Shown here: in pieces, positions 42,547 through 56,399 of the stretch
How positions within the stretch are numbered: the first letter of the stretch is position 1
How the letters are laid out: every line of letters starts with the position of its first letter
Origin: Flaccisagitta enflata
Taxonomy: Eukaryota
NCBI GenBank assembly: GCA_965153355.1
Contig: OZ231126.1
Span: forward strand, 45,074,001 to 45,138,000
Direction of reading: 5' to 3'
DNA length: 64,000 bases
The notes under the pieces: model-generated
What the model was told of the DNA's origin: nothing
What the model saw: the letters and a program-made list of their open reading frames with translations, nothing else
Databases searched by the model: none
Program-made: the position numbers and the translations under genes

Positions 42547-45501
42547 CCTTGAGAGACCCCGCTTAGTGACGCCTTAGACGACGCCGATCGTCTAAAAAGG
42601 TTTTCATGATTGGGAGAAAAAAAGGCCGTCATTCAAAATCAGGCATTTTTTCATTTCTTGGTTGGTGCTCGGTTTAAGTTATGCTAGCAATTTGTTCCAG
42701 CCACATTCTAGGGACCCGACATTAATTAGCGAAAACCCACCTTCAGATGGAAATCTTTATTTTTTTCTCATTTAGTTTCTTCACTTCCTATTTATTGGCA
42801 ATCACTGTTTTGCTAATAGTAGACAAAAGTTTTTGGTCCCTTGAAATCAGTATCACTGTATCTCTGTATCACCCTGCACTTTGATGACCTAACCATCCGT
42901 TGTGCTGAAATACACTTTGATGTCGATGCTTATCTATTAGACATAGCCACAAGTTTCGACACAGCGGTTTCGTTGTGTTTAGTTGTTGCTGTCAGGTTGC
43001 CATTTTGAATTAGTACTGAGGATGATGACAATTAGGACGCCACATACACAGTAAAAACCCACTATGATGGACCCAACAGTAAATAAATCTTCTGTTTCGC
43101 CATGTATAGGTAAAGAGCAGCAAGCTCGGGTCTTTGTGTATTCTTTAAGGACTACAGGTCAGTAAGGTTTAGGGTACCAAAGAAGGTAAGGTTTGTGTCT
43201 GGTTGGGTTTGTTTTCAGTGACCGGATGACTGTAGGATCTGTCCACGAATTGTGGGTTGAAGTGAGCGTATGTCTTGGTGGTGTGGTCTAATTGGTCTCG
43301 GAGAATTAAGGATATTTTTGTTGATGACTTCAGCTTTCAATTTGTTTTATGCACGAAGGACTCATCACTCATACCGTGAGTCGGGATACCGCTACAATGT
43401 TGCTTGCATTGCAGAAAACTTCTGATCCCTGAAACAGTGCTTTACAGTGGTCAAACTGCATTGTCATAACTTTTCACAGTAATATGAATTTTTGATTTTT
43501 GAGGAAACCAACAGCGCTAGTTTTTTTTTATAATGTTTTGTGCTGATTAACCTTTTTGATATCTTCTACAAGTGATTGTTTCAGGTCAATCAGTTAACTC
43601 TCTATGCTTTGACAAGGGTTTGTTTTGATTTACAACGTGAGATTCTCTAAAATGATCAATAGTTATTACAGATGCCGATACTATTTGATTGCCCCATCAA
43701 TCTTTTTACCATTCTATATTCGTATCTATCTACGTATGATATGAATATAATGATATTCACATCATCTCCATTGAAAATTCATTGAACCCTCATTGAACCC
43801 CCATTGATCACTCATTAAACATTCATTAGAAGTTTGGCTCAAAGGCCTTTGATCTGCTTTGATATGCCAAGCCATGCTTTACCTTTACATTTGGCGATAA
43901 TGGAAATGAATCTGTTGCGGTATTAATTTATCAGTGACTTTTTTTTCTTTTCATTTTACCATGCATCTTGTCTACAGTTGTTCATTTGTTTCATTCTGGC
44001 GTATCATTAGTATCAACGCCAGTTGACGTTTTGGTAGGCTGAAATGTAAAACAAAAGACCTTTTTTAGTCGCGTGCTACGCGACCCAACATCCCGTTTTG
44101 TTACTCCGTCGGTCCTTGGTTCCGTCCATCCGTCCATTGGTGAGTCACGCTTTATTTTTTTGTTATACTTTAAGTTATTTCTAGTCATTCTTAGGCATTC
44201 TAAGTCATCCGATGTAATAAAGAATTTTAGGTCTTTCTAAGTCATTTCAAGTCATATTTTGGGTTATATTAAGCTACATAAGGTCACTTAAGTAAATTAG
44301 ATCAATTTAGTCGTTTAAGTCAGTAAAAGTCTTTTTAAGACATTTAAGTCATTTTTAGTCATTTAAAGTAATCTTGAGTCATTTAGAATCATATAAAGTT
44401 ATTATTGTCCCGCGCGCTACTTAAAGGTGCTGGCCTTGTCTGCAGATCGCTCAGTGTTTCTCGCCCATTTTGGCCCATTTTGTCAAGTCTTTACATTTTA
44501 AAAGGAGCATGTTCATAAGAGCGTTAGGCTTAACATCTTTATAAAAAATTGAATACATGCTTGGAACATTACAAGGCTTTGATTCGGGTGACTTCTTTTT
44601 TTTTTTAGTTTTGCGTAAAGAATATGGAAAATATTTTGCGAAGAGAGAAAAATGAAGTCAAATAGACCAAGTTCGAAATTGGTTAAATACAATACTATTT
44701 CATTTTATGATATAAAGGCGTATCTAGCCGACCGGAAAAAGTCGTAAACCCGAGATATCCTCCTTGTCATGTCTTTTCTTTTATTTCGTTTGACACTTAT
44801 TTTTGACAATTGAAATTGGCAAGAATTCCCTCAACAGTCAAGCTGCTATACTACCGTTCTCGCAGGCAAGCTTTGCCAAATAAATTAAAGATTGTATTTC
44901 CGATATTTCATCTGTTGCTAGCATGCACCATTACTACCTGGGACACTTCATAATAACTAGCTCAAGATCTCACTTTTGGGGAAAAATGTGAAAAATGCGA
45001 AAAAAAGATTCAGAAATTCGACGACCAGTGATCGTAGATACGTTCTATTTGGACGAAGCAATAATCAAAATTCCAAAAACATCAAAACCGTTATGCGCAA
45101 CGTAGGCAATCAAGATATGAGGAAATGGTGCAGATGGTGCGTGAGATGCGGATGCGTGAAAGGTGCGTGGGTGATTTGTTGACGAGAACGAGAAAAAACA
45201 CAATTTTATCTGACTTTTTAGAGATTAAAACCACTAGTCACCACCAACGTCAACGCGTATCAAGAACCGCCAAACTTAATTGATATTCTACATTTGTATG
45301 TCTAAGGAAGTGATAGAAGGGGGGGGGGAGATGTGGGAAAAGGTTTTGGGCAACAAAGTCAAGGGTGATGATTCGGTCTACAGGTAACGGTAATCAAGAA
45401 ACTTCATGACCACATTTTTCCCATTGGTGTAAATTTCTGTCGTCCCTTGATTGAATGTACAGCAAGAGCAATTTCTCATTAGAGGTAAATCGTTAATTTC
45501 T

Positions 45502-46260
45502 TTAATTCAATGCATCGTGGATTTTTTGTTTATGATTTCTGAGTTGACCGATCAAAAGAAATCCTTGACCACATAACTCGCAAACATGAGACTTTAATGC
45601 ATTGTGGGTACCCGCGTGCAATCTGAGATGATGTTGAGACACGAATTTCTTGTCACATTTCTCACAGCTGTGTGGCTTTTCATCCGTGTGTAACCTTTCA
45701 TGACTTCTTAAAGATCCCGCGAAGTGGAATTTTTTTTGGCAGACTTTGCATTCATGGCTCTTTTCGGCGTTTGTATGAATCACCGCGTGTGAGATGAGAT
45801 GATTCCGATTATGGAAGAGCTTTCCACATTCGTCGCATTGGTGGGATTTTTCATCGTAGGTTTTCATGTGACCCTTTAGTTGCAGCTTTGTCTTGTAACA
45901 TTTTCCGCATTCGTCGCAAGCATAAGGCCTTTCATTGCTGTGTACTAGCTCATGATTCTTGAGATTGCAGCTTTGAGCAAACGCTGCTCCACATTCTTGA
46001 TAAACGTGATCTTTGATTTGCACTTTACCGTGTACGTGCATGTGACTCCCTAACTCATACTCTGTGGCAAAATGTTTATCGCAGGTTTCACATGCAAAAG
46101 GTTTATCATCCCTATGTTTTCTCATTTCATGCTGTTTAAGGTCTTTTTTACTCGTATATCCATTTCCACATTCCGCACAGATATGCAGACATACAGATTG
46201 TGGAGAAGCGGGAAGCGCCGCTTCTCGGAAGCAGGGTGACAGTGTCGGAAAATCCTGCAC
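45502..46260 (-). pseudogene. C2H2 zinc-finger array, 3' part (8 fingers, two with lost ligands)
   Basis: CxxC..HxxxH repeats with H..E[KR]P linkers; YQEC and HMKTY degenerate fingers; TAG acceptor at 46261. Confidence 0.8.
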
Positions 46261-46483
46261 TATAGCATTAGAAAAATGATATTTCGTTTTAGAAGAGCAC
46301 TTGAACGGTTGTCACAAATCATTTCTTTATTGGATGATCTAAAAACATGATATTTTACACATGAATCTACTATTTTTTAGATTTATTGATTGAAAATTGC
46401 CTCGATTCCACCATTTCAGACTGCATTTTGCTTGTTGGAATCTTACAAGAATAATTTTTGCTTCCCGGAAGCTTGGAAGAATA

Positions 46484-47415
46484 TTAGTATCTGCAGATAT
46501 GGTTCTTTTCTAAAGTTTTACTGTGTCGTTTGATATGCCGAGACAAATTGACATTGTGACGAAAAAACCTCCCGCACAAATTGCATTCAAAGGCCTTAGC
46601 TTCGTGCAAGCGTGAGTGTGATTTGAGCTCAGCTTTGGTAAGGAACCATTTTCCACATTGTTTACATTCGTGTTTTTTCTGTTTCTCATGACGTTTCTTG
46701 TGACTTTGAACCAAATATTTGGAATGAAATAACTTTCCGCATTCCTCACACTCATGCGATTTTTCTTGGTCGTGTTGGATCTTGTGCCGCTTAAGTTCCA
46801 TTTTGGTGAGAAATTGACTTTCGCAATGGCGACAATCGTGAGTATTGGATTTCATTTCTGTTGCAGGATCAGCCGTTTCCAAAGGAATTCCAGATGGGTG
46901 GCTTATGTGAGTTTTTGTATGCCGTTTCATGTCTGACTTGTGTCGATACCGTTTCCCACATACACCACACTCATGAAAAATATTTTCTTTGTGTAACTGT
47001 TCGTGCTTCCATAGGTTTCTAGGTTGAGAAAATGATTTGTCACAAACCCCGCATTTGAATGATTTTTCCCCTGTGTGTATCAGTTGGTGCTGTTTAAGCA
47101 AAGATTTGACGCCAAATTGCTTTCCGCATTCTTCGCATTTATGAGGCTTGATACCTTTGTGTGTCTTTTCGTGTCGAGTCAGATTTATTTTCAATGTGAA
47201 GTTTTTTCCACATTGATTGCATTCATGGGGTTTTTCCCCACTATGCACCACCACGTCGTACTTTAAATAGGCTTTACTGGTGAAGTATTTATCGCACTGG
47301 TCGCATTTGAACAGTTTTTCTCGTCGATGCACTTGACTCTCGTGAATCTTAAGATCCGATTTGTGAGTGAATCGTTTCCCACAATCACATTGGTGGCGTC
47401 TTTCTTTAGGCGAAT
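46484..47415 (-). pseudogene. C2H2 zinc-finger array, middle part (about 10 fingers)
   Basis: HSGEKPH/HTGEKSF linkers; the frame is closed by stops at both ends; one finger has H replaced by D. Confidence 0.8.
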
Positions 47416-47519
47416 GTCACAATCTCTTTTCGACGCGAGAACCCGACTCACCACCACGTTAACAGTGTTACCGCGATGTCTATTGCATTGTGACAAGTTT
47501 CTATTGTTGGATGATCTTC

Positions 47520-48858
47520 CTAACTACCCGGATTACCTTGCCAAACCATTTTTTGTGACTACCCCTACCCCTAGGGGGCCTAAAAATTAGGTCAAGCAAA
47601 TAACAAGCAAAACCTATCAAAAAATAGATTATCTGGTCATTTCTCAGCTTTTAATCAGTTATCATCAATCCGATGTGATGTACAAAAAATTTCATCCTAC
47701 TGCGCAAATGCTAAGTTGTTCAAAAATTGTATTATCATCAAATTTTGATCCTACTAATTTTTTTGCTATTTCATGGCAAAATCTCAGTATGCCTATTATC
47801 TTTTTTTAAAACTCTATAAATTCTCAAAGTTAATCACTTTTCAGGTTTCTATCTAATAGAGGACTACTTGAAGGACATACGCTCCAAATTTCATGCCACT
47901 GTGACACCCCAATCCCCCATAATGACACTTTTCTTCAAGCGTGATTATTCCGCACACCCCCCCAGCTCTTCTGTCACGCTCATGTCACGCTTTAAGTCTG
48001 TCACTGTCACGCCATTGTGAAACTGATGATGGAAATTTGGATAACACGATGAGAAAGAGCATGAAATTTTGTATTTACACTGAAAATTTCAGGTCTTAAC
48101 TCCCAGGCATTCAGCCATAATGAAATTTTCAATGTGATTGGTCAGTAAATTGTTGCAGAATAATCACGCTTCAAGATGAATCTTCGTAGTTAATTCTTTG
48201 TTATCAGCGCATGTATGCACTTACAAGAAAATGGTAAACCAAAAAAATCATGAAATGCCCATATCTTGGAAACCCTTTGAGAGAGACAAAAGATTTTTTG
48301 CATGGATCAATACTGTACTGGAACTATTACAAACAGAGCATTTGGTGCATCTGGGACACATCTAACCAACCCAACCGGCCCAACCAGCCTACCACCCAAA
48401 AATTCTAAAAAATGGCATAACTTCTAAAATATTTGTCCGATTTGGCTGAAATTTTGCACAGTGGTTAAATTAACCGTTGCCGAAAGATTCAGTAAATTTT
48501 TGCCAACTGGCCCAACCAGCCAAAAAAGCTGCTTATAGAGAATTTTCAAAAAAAATTGAAATCTCAATTTTTTTCAGCAGAATCAGGTCTGATTGAATTC
48601 TTGAACTGTGATTTAGTAAAATATTGCCACTTTTTTTGTTTTGCTGACTTTAACAACTCAATATTTGCTTTTTTTCGATCATTATTTGTTGCATTTTAGC
48701 CTAATTTACATGAAAATCAAGGATCAGTAACAAAATTCAGTTTTTGAACCATGTTCATATTGACATAAGCTATCTGATTATGAATGTTTTTGTCAAATTT
48801 TCTCAATTTTGAAATTGACCTATTTGGCCATCTCTCAAACAGGAGATTATAGAAACAG
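47520..48858. mobile_element. AT-rich non-coding insertion interrupting the zinc-finger gene (probable non-autonomous DNA element)
   Basis: The finger frame stops abruptly after HSKIHK; no canonical donor seen there; short internal repeats (GGCCCAACCAGCC twice); termini unresolved. Confidence 0.4.
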
Positions 48859-49094
48859 CCTTTATGAATCTTACTATGATTACTTAAAGTATCTTTCGTC
48901 GCGAATTCCTTTCCACAAACTTGGCACGTGTGTATTTCTCCCTCGTGTATCGCCTCATGACGAGTCATATTTCCTTAGGAAGAAAATTCTTTCCCGCATT
49001 TGGGGCAGGCAAAACGCGGTTTGATCGACATCCTACCAACTTTGCGCTCGTTAGAACTTGATGAATTTTTATCAAGATGATTCTGGGAAGAAAC
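48859..49094 (-). pseudogene. C2H2 zinc-finger gene, 5' fingers, with a nonsense codon
   Basis: CAG acceptor at 49095; reads ...FACPKCGKEFSS*GNMTRHEAIH..HTCQVCGKEF..HSKIHK with TAA at 48975-48977. Confidence 0.8.
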
Positions 49095-49331
49095 CTGCGC
49101 GGAGGTTATTTTGTTTTGGTTTTTTTTTAAAGTGTTGAATTCAAAGTCGGGGTGTATGGCGGAAATATAGAAGCGACGTTGAGACTAGACGCAAGACAGA
49201 TTTTTCCTTTGGTTTAGTATAAGGAGAGACCGTCACGGTAAGAGAAGTGGTAAATTAAGTTAAGTAAAACAAAATCTGAGGGTATTAGCGAGTGAACTTT
49301 GTTTTTTTTTTTTCTTTTTTTTTTTTAAATT

Positions 49332-49483
49332 GATAGTAACCATAGGTAGCAAGATCATATGCATCCCCGTTTCTCTGTCGGTAGACAGAGGTGGAGATTT
49401 TAAAAAATGCTGGATAGCAACAACAGGTAGTGAGATCATATGCATCCCCGTATCTCTGTCGGTAGACAGAGGTGGAGATTTAA
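49332..49483. repeat. 81-bp-period tandem duplication
   Basis: AGATCATATGCATCCCCGT.TCTCTGTCGGTAGACAGAGGTGGAGATTT occurs twice. Confidence 0.9.
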
Positions 49484-49776
49484 TAGGAAAAAATAACGTA
49501 AAGAAAGGAGCCACGGCGGCGGTCATGTCAACCCCTGAACTTTGATGCAATTGGAAAGAGAGTACTGAATTTATAGCCGGACGATTTCGATGCTATGGCG
49601 AAAGTGGATTTGATCACGAAGGCTAAGGTCACATTTTGTAAACAAAAACGCTGTTGTCTACTTCTGACGGTCAAATTATGGTCATGCGGGCCACAGAACC
49701 TTTGACAAAAGGACACGAAAGAGACCTTGAAAACGCCTTTGTCACGTGACAGTGCGCGGGAGAGAGAGAGAGAGAG

Positions 49777-50297
49777 CATCTCGGTGAAAGAACCGTATTT
49801 TTGGTTTATTTCCATTTTCACTTTTTTTTCTCTTTAATGAATTTAAGCGACCTTAGTTCACATTCAATAGTAAAATGTGATGACTACAGATTTTATCGAT
49901 CATTTTTTTGTGTAGTCATCGCGAAATATGTGGGTTTTTGAGTTATTAACTGTTTAAATACTGTTCAAAAGTACTAAGAATACCATAAGATGCTTTCAAA
50001 AAGACACTATCATTTTGTATGTCAGTGTGTCTGTCTCTGAGCACTTCATTCAGAGAAACGATGACAGACGAGCAATCCTCTAGCTTTTCTTGAGACAAAG
50101 TGCTTCACATTTGATTACGATTCATGTTTCATAATGAGCAAACATCTTGCATGGCAGCCACAGGTGAGCCCAGAGTTTTCTACGAGCCTAAGTCACTAAA
50201 TCTAAAATAAATATTTCATCAACAGTCAAATTGCTTTAGGCTGGATAACAGTAAACTCACAAATTAGAGCCTGCTAGAATACGACCAAATCACTGTT

Positions 50298-50300
<3 letters not shown>
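49777..50300 (+). mobile_element. ~520-bp CAT...ATG-ended element, copy 1, within a (GA)n tract
   Basis: Colinear with 50795-51314; imperfect 25-bp TIRs. Confidence 0.75.
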
Positions 50301-50395
<95 letters not shown>

Positions 50396-50494
50396 AAGAG
50401 AGAACGAAGGAGAGAAACTGTGGTCGCGGTCACGAGGCTAAAAGATAGACAGACAGGTAGACGGATAGACAGACAAAAAGACGGACATGTAAAG

Positions 50495-50555
<61 letters not shown>

Positions 50556-51643
50556 CATGGTGTTTCATGCCAAAGTAGATATAATAAAACGATGCCATTT
50601 TGTTTCTAAAAATGCAAAAATAGTTCTGAAAGCTCCGAATTTTTGTGTAAAAATCTCAATGGTTTGGGTCAAACATCTTGGCCACAATATCAAATTGAAG
50701 TAAAATGAGCATTTTTAGGAAAAGCTCTTTTAACATAATTTTGATTTTAAAAATTTTTTCTTTAAAGTGCTCTCATTTCTAAACGGCTTGAGTTCATCTC
50801 GGTGAAAGAACCGTATTTTTTGGTTTACTTTCTATTTTCACTTTTTTTTCTCTTTAATGAATTTAAGCAACTTTAGTTCATATACAATAGTAAAATGTGA
50901 TGTCTACAGATTTTATTGATGATTTTTGTATGTAGTCATCGCAAAATATGAGGGTTTTTGGGTCAATAGTTGTTTAAATACTGTTCAAAAGTACTATGAA
51001 TACCATAAGATGCTTTCAAAAAGACACTGTAATTTTATATGTCAGTGTGTCTGTCTCTGAGCACTTCACTCATAGAAACGATGACAGATGAGCAATCCTC
51101 TAGCTTTTCTTGAGACATAGTGCTTCACCTTTGCTTACGATTCATGTTTCGCAATGAGCAAACATCTTGCGAGGCAGCCACAGATGAGCCCAGAGTTTTC
51201 TACAAGCCTAAGTTACTAAATCTATAAAAAAATGAATCATCAACAGCTAAATCGTTTTGGGTTGGTAAACTCACAAATTAGAGCCTGCTAAAATACGACC
51301 AAATCACTGATATGTATAGATGTCAAATTGGTCTCAAATTAAAGCTTATCAAATTTTCTTTGATTTGAGACTAATCTGGCATCTGTGGCTCAAGCTGTCT
51401 AGAAATGAAAGCACTTCAAAAAAGAATTTTAAAAATCAAAATTATGTTAAAAGAGCCTCTCCTTTAAATGCTCATTTTACTTCAAATTGATGTTGTGGCC
51501 AAGAAAATCGACCCAAACCCATGAAATTTTTAGACAAAAAATCAGAGCTTGAGTGCTCTTTGAACCTTTTTTCAGAATTATTTTTGCATTTCTAGAAGCA
51601 GAATGGCATCGTTTACTTATCTAATTTGACATGAAACACCTTG
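50556..51643. mobile_element. Fold-back MITE with TA duplication, inserted in a (GATA)n microsatellite
   Basis: TA|CATGGTGTTTCATG ... CATGAAACACCTTG|TA; ~230-bp arms; palindrome centre near 51350. Confidence 0.9.
50795..51314 (+). mobile_element. ~520-bp CAT...ATG-ended element, copy 2, nested in the MITE
   Basis: Interrupts the left arm of the host palindrome. Confidence 0.75.
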
Positions 51644-51696
<53 letters not shown>

Positions 51697-51769
51697 GAGA
51701 CAAAGAGACAAAGAGAAATACGGTCGAACGTGAGATGAGAGTCAAGTGTAGTGTCACTATTATCTTTAT

Positions 51770-53450
51770 TTTTAGTCGCGTGCTACGCGACTCTTCCATC
51801 CGCTATATCAGTCGGTCCATCGGTCGGTCGGTCCATCGGTCGGTCCATAGGTCGGTAGGTCGGTTGGTTGGTCCATCAGTCCCCTTTTTGGGCAGCGGCT
51901 CCAAAGGGGTCGGCGCGATGACCTATGCTTTCACACATATGGGGAATTTTCTCATCCTTCTCCTTCTTCTCCTTCGTTCCCCCCCTCAAACCCCAGTGTT
52001 GAGGCCCAAACCCCAGTCCTGAGGCCCAAATCCCAGTCTCGAGGCCCAAATCCCACCATCAAGGCCCAAATCCTAGCCTCAAGGCCCAAATCCTAGCCTG
52101 GACGCCCAGATCCCAGCCTTGAGGCCCAAATCTCAGCCTTGAGGTCCAACTCCAAGCCAAGAGGCCCAGATCCCAACCTTGAGGCTGAGATTTGGGCCTC
52201 AAGGCTAAGATCTGGGCCTCAAGGCTAAAATCGGGGCCTCTTAAGCTCCAAGCTCCAATGTTGCCCTCCCAGGTTCTGGCCTTTCAATGCTCAAATCTGA
52301 CCTCTCAGGCCTTAATCTAACCCCCTATGCGTATGCCAAAATATCTGAAGATCTAAACTTCCTTTTGGGCAGCGGCCCCGAAGGGGACGAAGTCCTGTAG
52401 AACACAGGGGGACTTTTGTTCGTTCGTGCGTGCGTCGCCCCTAGGCTCTTTCAGGCCTGAAATCTGCCCTCTCAGGCCTGAAATCTACCCTCTTAGGCCT
52501 AAAATCTGCCCTCTGAGGCCTTGAATCTGCCCTCTCAGGCCTGAAATTTGCCCTCTCAGGCCCAAACTCTGTCCTCTTAGGCCTTAAACCTGCCCTCACA
52601 GATTCAAGGCCTGAGAGGGCTGATTTTAGGCCTGAGAGGGCCTACGGGGGGACGGACACATGCATGAACGAACAAAAGTCCCCCTGTGTTCTACAGGACT
52701 TTGTCCCCTTCAGAGCCGCTGCCCTGCATTCTCTCACTCCAATTCACAATTCTGCAAAGCAGGGCAACGGGTATCACTGACCACATATTGCCCTTGGGCG
52801 ACTGGTTGGTATATCATCTATGTGAACTCATATTTGCTTTTGGGCAGCGGCCCCGATGGGGCCGATGACCTATGCTTTCACACACATGGAAACTTTCTCC
52901 TTCTCCTCCTCCTTCTTCTTCTCCGTCCCCCCCCTGACTTTGAAGCCTAAATTTCAACCTCCAGCTCCAGCCTTAGGCCTCATAACCAAGCTTCAAGGCT
53001 CCATTCCCAGTGTCATGGCTCCAATCCCAGCCTCCAATCCCAGCCTCGAGGCTCCAATCCCAGCCTCAAGGCTCCTATTCCAGCCTTGAGGCTCCAATCC
53101 CAGACTCAAGGCTCCAATCCCAGACTTGAGGCTTTAATTCCAGCCTAGAGGCTCCAATCCCAGCCTTGGGACTCCGATCCCAGCCTCGGGGCTTCAATAG
53201 CAGCATTAGGGCTCCAATCCCATTCTCAAGGCTCCAACCCCAGCTCGGAGGCTCCAACCCCAGCATCATGGCTCCAATTCCAACCTCATGGCTCCAATTC
53301 CTTCCTTCAGCTAAAATCCCGCCTCAATACTTATATTCTAGCCAAGCATGGGTTATCAGCTCCTACGGGGCTGCTGCCCCTCTCATCTTTACACCTAACA
53401 TTCACTAATTTAGGGGTAACGGGTACCGCTGACGCTTTTGCGACTATTAT
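51770..53450 (+). mobile_element. Cluster of HINE-like elements: A fragment, truncated B (51885-~52320), B2 (52363-52805), B (52838-53450)
   Basis: Three TTTTGGGCAGCGG starts. B2 has its own inverted repeat (GAAGTCCTGTAGAACACAGGGGGAC) and a 21-bp TCAGGCCTGAAATCTGCCCTC array. Confidence 0.75.
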
Positions 53451-53932
53451 CTTTTTGGGACATCTAGAAATTACAATCAGGGTAAAAACTGGTAAGCATA
53501 CATTGCCCTTTTGTTTATCATGGACATAGTTTAACAAAGCGAAGACAGGAACAGAAAAGCTTAAAATTACAGTCAAATATCACACTTTTTTGTATCACCC
53601 CCCCTAACCCTAACCCTAAATCACACCAATCCTTGCCCTAACCCTAAAAACAAGCTAATCCCAACACTTACCCTAACCCTAAAACCAGCCGAGTTGTCGA
53701 GATTGGAAAAAAACAAAACACAAAAGGCTCAAGACCTAATCTTGATCGAAACCCAAAAATCCATGTAATATCGTTTTTAGTCGCGGACACGCGACTCTAC
53801 ACCTTGCCGTGTCGGTCGGTAGGTCCGTAGGTCAGTTGGTAGGTATGTTGGTCCGTCCGTCACATTTTTGAATTCCGAGCGACTTTCGCATTACTGCTCC
53901 TGCCCAACCGTCCGCGACTGGATTGCCGTGTA

Positions 53933-54547
53933 TGACGGCGAGCATCCGACGGCAAGATTTAGTGTGTCAACAGGGGTCAAGATAGAAAATTTTATGAAAA
54001 TGAAAACAAAGAAAACATGAAGAAACTCATTGAATTATATCATAATGGATATTTTATTACAAAATTTGCATTCAAAAAGGAAAAAAGAACAAGTAGAGCT
54101 ATCAATAACTAAATGTATTCACTAGAAAATATTCAAAATTCAATTTTTGTCCACTGATAGGAGGCTTGTTAAAATTATAACTTTGCATAGAAAAAGAAAA
54201 AACACAAAAAAGAAGAACATAGCCGCCTTCCAAAATTGATTATGGAGGCGGCTATGTTTTTGAAAATGCAAAATTTCTTTGCATTTGAGAGTCTTATAAT
54301 TTTAACACCAGCAAAAAGAAAAAAAATGTAAACAAAATTTCACTAAGAACCCTTATTTTCTTTGCTTTTCTCATGTGAATTGCCAATTTAAAGGATCTTT
54401 TGACGTCAGCATATGACAAAGACATACACACAGAGTATTTCTGAAGATAATTTGTCTCATAAAAGTATCTTAAGCATCGTTATTATTCAACTATAGTTGA
54501 AAAAATAGGGTGAAACACTATGTATTTCCATCAATTGCTTTCCGTCA
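53933..54547. mobile_element. 615-bp non-autonomous DNA element with TGACGG termini and TA duplication, nested in a HINE (53773-54560)
   Basis: Host motif GCCGTGTATCCGGCC is split as GCCGTG-TA-[TGACGGCGAGCA...TGCTTTCCGTCA]-TA-TCCGGCC. Confidence 0.85.
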
Positions 54548-54574
54548 TATCCGGCCTTGTTGTTTTTTCATTGC

Positions 54575-54841
54575 TCATGTCTGAGAAGAATTTATGCGGT
54601 TTATTACGAAACGACTAAAATCTTGATTCATTTGACCTCTTTCATTGATGTTAAGGTTCGGGAGAAAATGAACGCAATCTTCTTCAAGAGAGCTATACGT
54701 GTGTTCATAGGTTGTTCCCCCCCAGTTAGTCGTGTCTAGCCCCCCGCCATCGTCATCGGGGGTCAAAAAATTTTGTTCGAAACAAACCAGACCATTTCGT
54801 TCGTAACACTCTGAAACGTCCACACACATAATTTCCGGTTG
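54575..54841 (-). CDS. Candidate terminal exon of an unknown gene (QPEIMCVDVSEC...TYEHTYSSLEED...SSQT*)
   Basis: Pyrimidine tract plus TAG acceptor; 88-codon non-repetitive open frame; no domain recognised. Confidence 0.35.
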   Translation of the reverse strand, partial: QPEIMCVDVSECYERNGLVCFEQNFLTPDDDGGGLDTTNWGGTTYEHTYSSLEEDCVHFLPNLNINERGQMNQDFSRFVINRINSSQT

Positions 54842-55241
54842 CTATGATATCAGGAAGTGGGAGAATATTTGCCCCGAGGTTTGCCTCACTCCGTTGAGAG
54901 CAAAAGTTAGTCGTTCGTAACTTGCTATCTTGTTCTAGTCAAATCTGCGTCTATGTTAGTTTTCGATTTTGGGCTTACGATTGCGGAAAGAAATCTGTTA
55001 CTACCGAACTGGCTGTAATTCCGACTGAGTTACTTTTTTTTTCATTCTTTTCTTTCTTTTTCTTCCATTTTGATTTTTTGATCGTAAAGGAACAAAAAAT
55101 GACAAAAAACGATGACAATGTCGACAATGATGACCACAAAACTTGAAAACTAATTACGATGATGATGATGACGATGACGACGATGACGACGACGACGACA
55201 ACGACAACAACAACAGCAACAACAACAACAACAACAACGAT

Positions 55242-55810
<569 letters not shown>

Positions 55811-55898
55811 GTTCGGTTTCTCGTGTATGCGTTCACGCACGCACGAACAGTTTGACACATGCACGCACCCACACACAAACACACAGACATGCACACAG

Positions 55899-55991
<93 letters not shown>

Positions 55992-56242
55992 ACAGATTGG
56001 ATGAGGGAATCTCTGTTTAAAATGTGATGTATGTGAAATTTTCTCTTCTCGTATGAGTCATATTGTACAACAGATGGAGCAGTACCAAATCGTTGAGAAA
56101 GGAATTTGCAAACAGGTTGCCAAGACGGTAGCGTTATGCGCTGTAAACGCTAAGTCAGGTCAACCTAGCATGGGAAAGACAAAGAATAGCAAGCATGAAA
56201 GCAAGAAAGAAAGAAAGAAAGAAAGAAAGAATGAAAGAATGA

Positions 56243-56330
<88 letters not shown>

Positions 56331-56399
56331 AGGAAAAAAGAGAGAATAACATGGAAAGTAAGGAAAGGAAGAGAGAAAAAAGAAACAAAGATAGAGAGA

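Noticed and set aside
53600..53690. CCCTAA telomere-like repeats
   Set aside because: Only a few interrupted units at an internal position; not a telomere.
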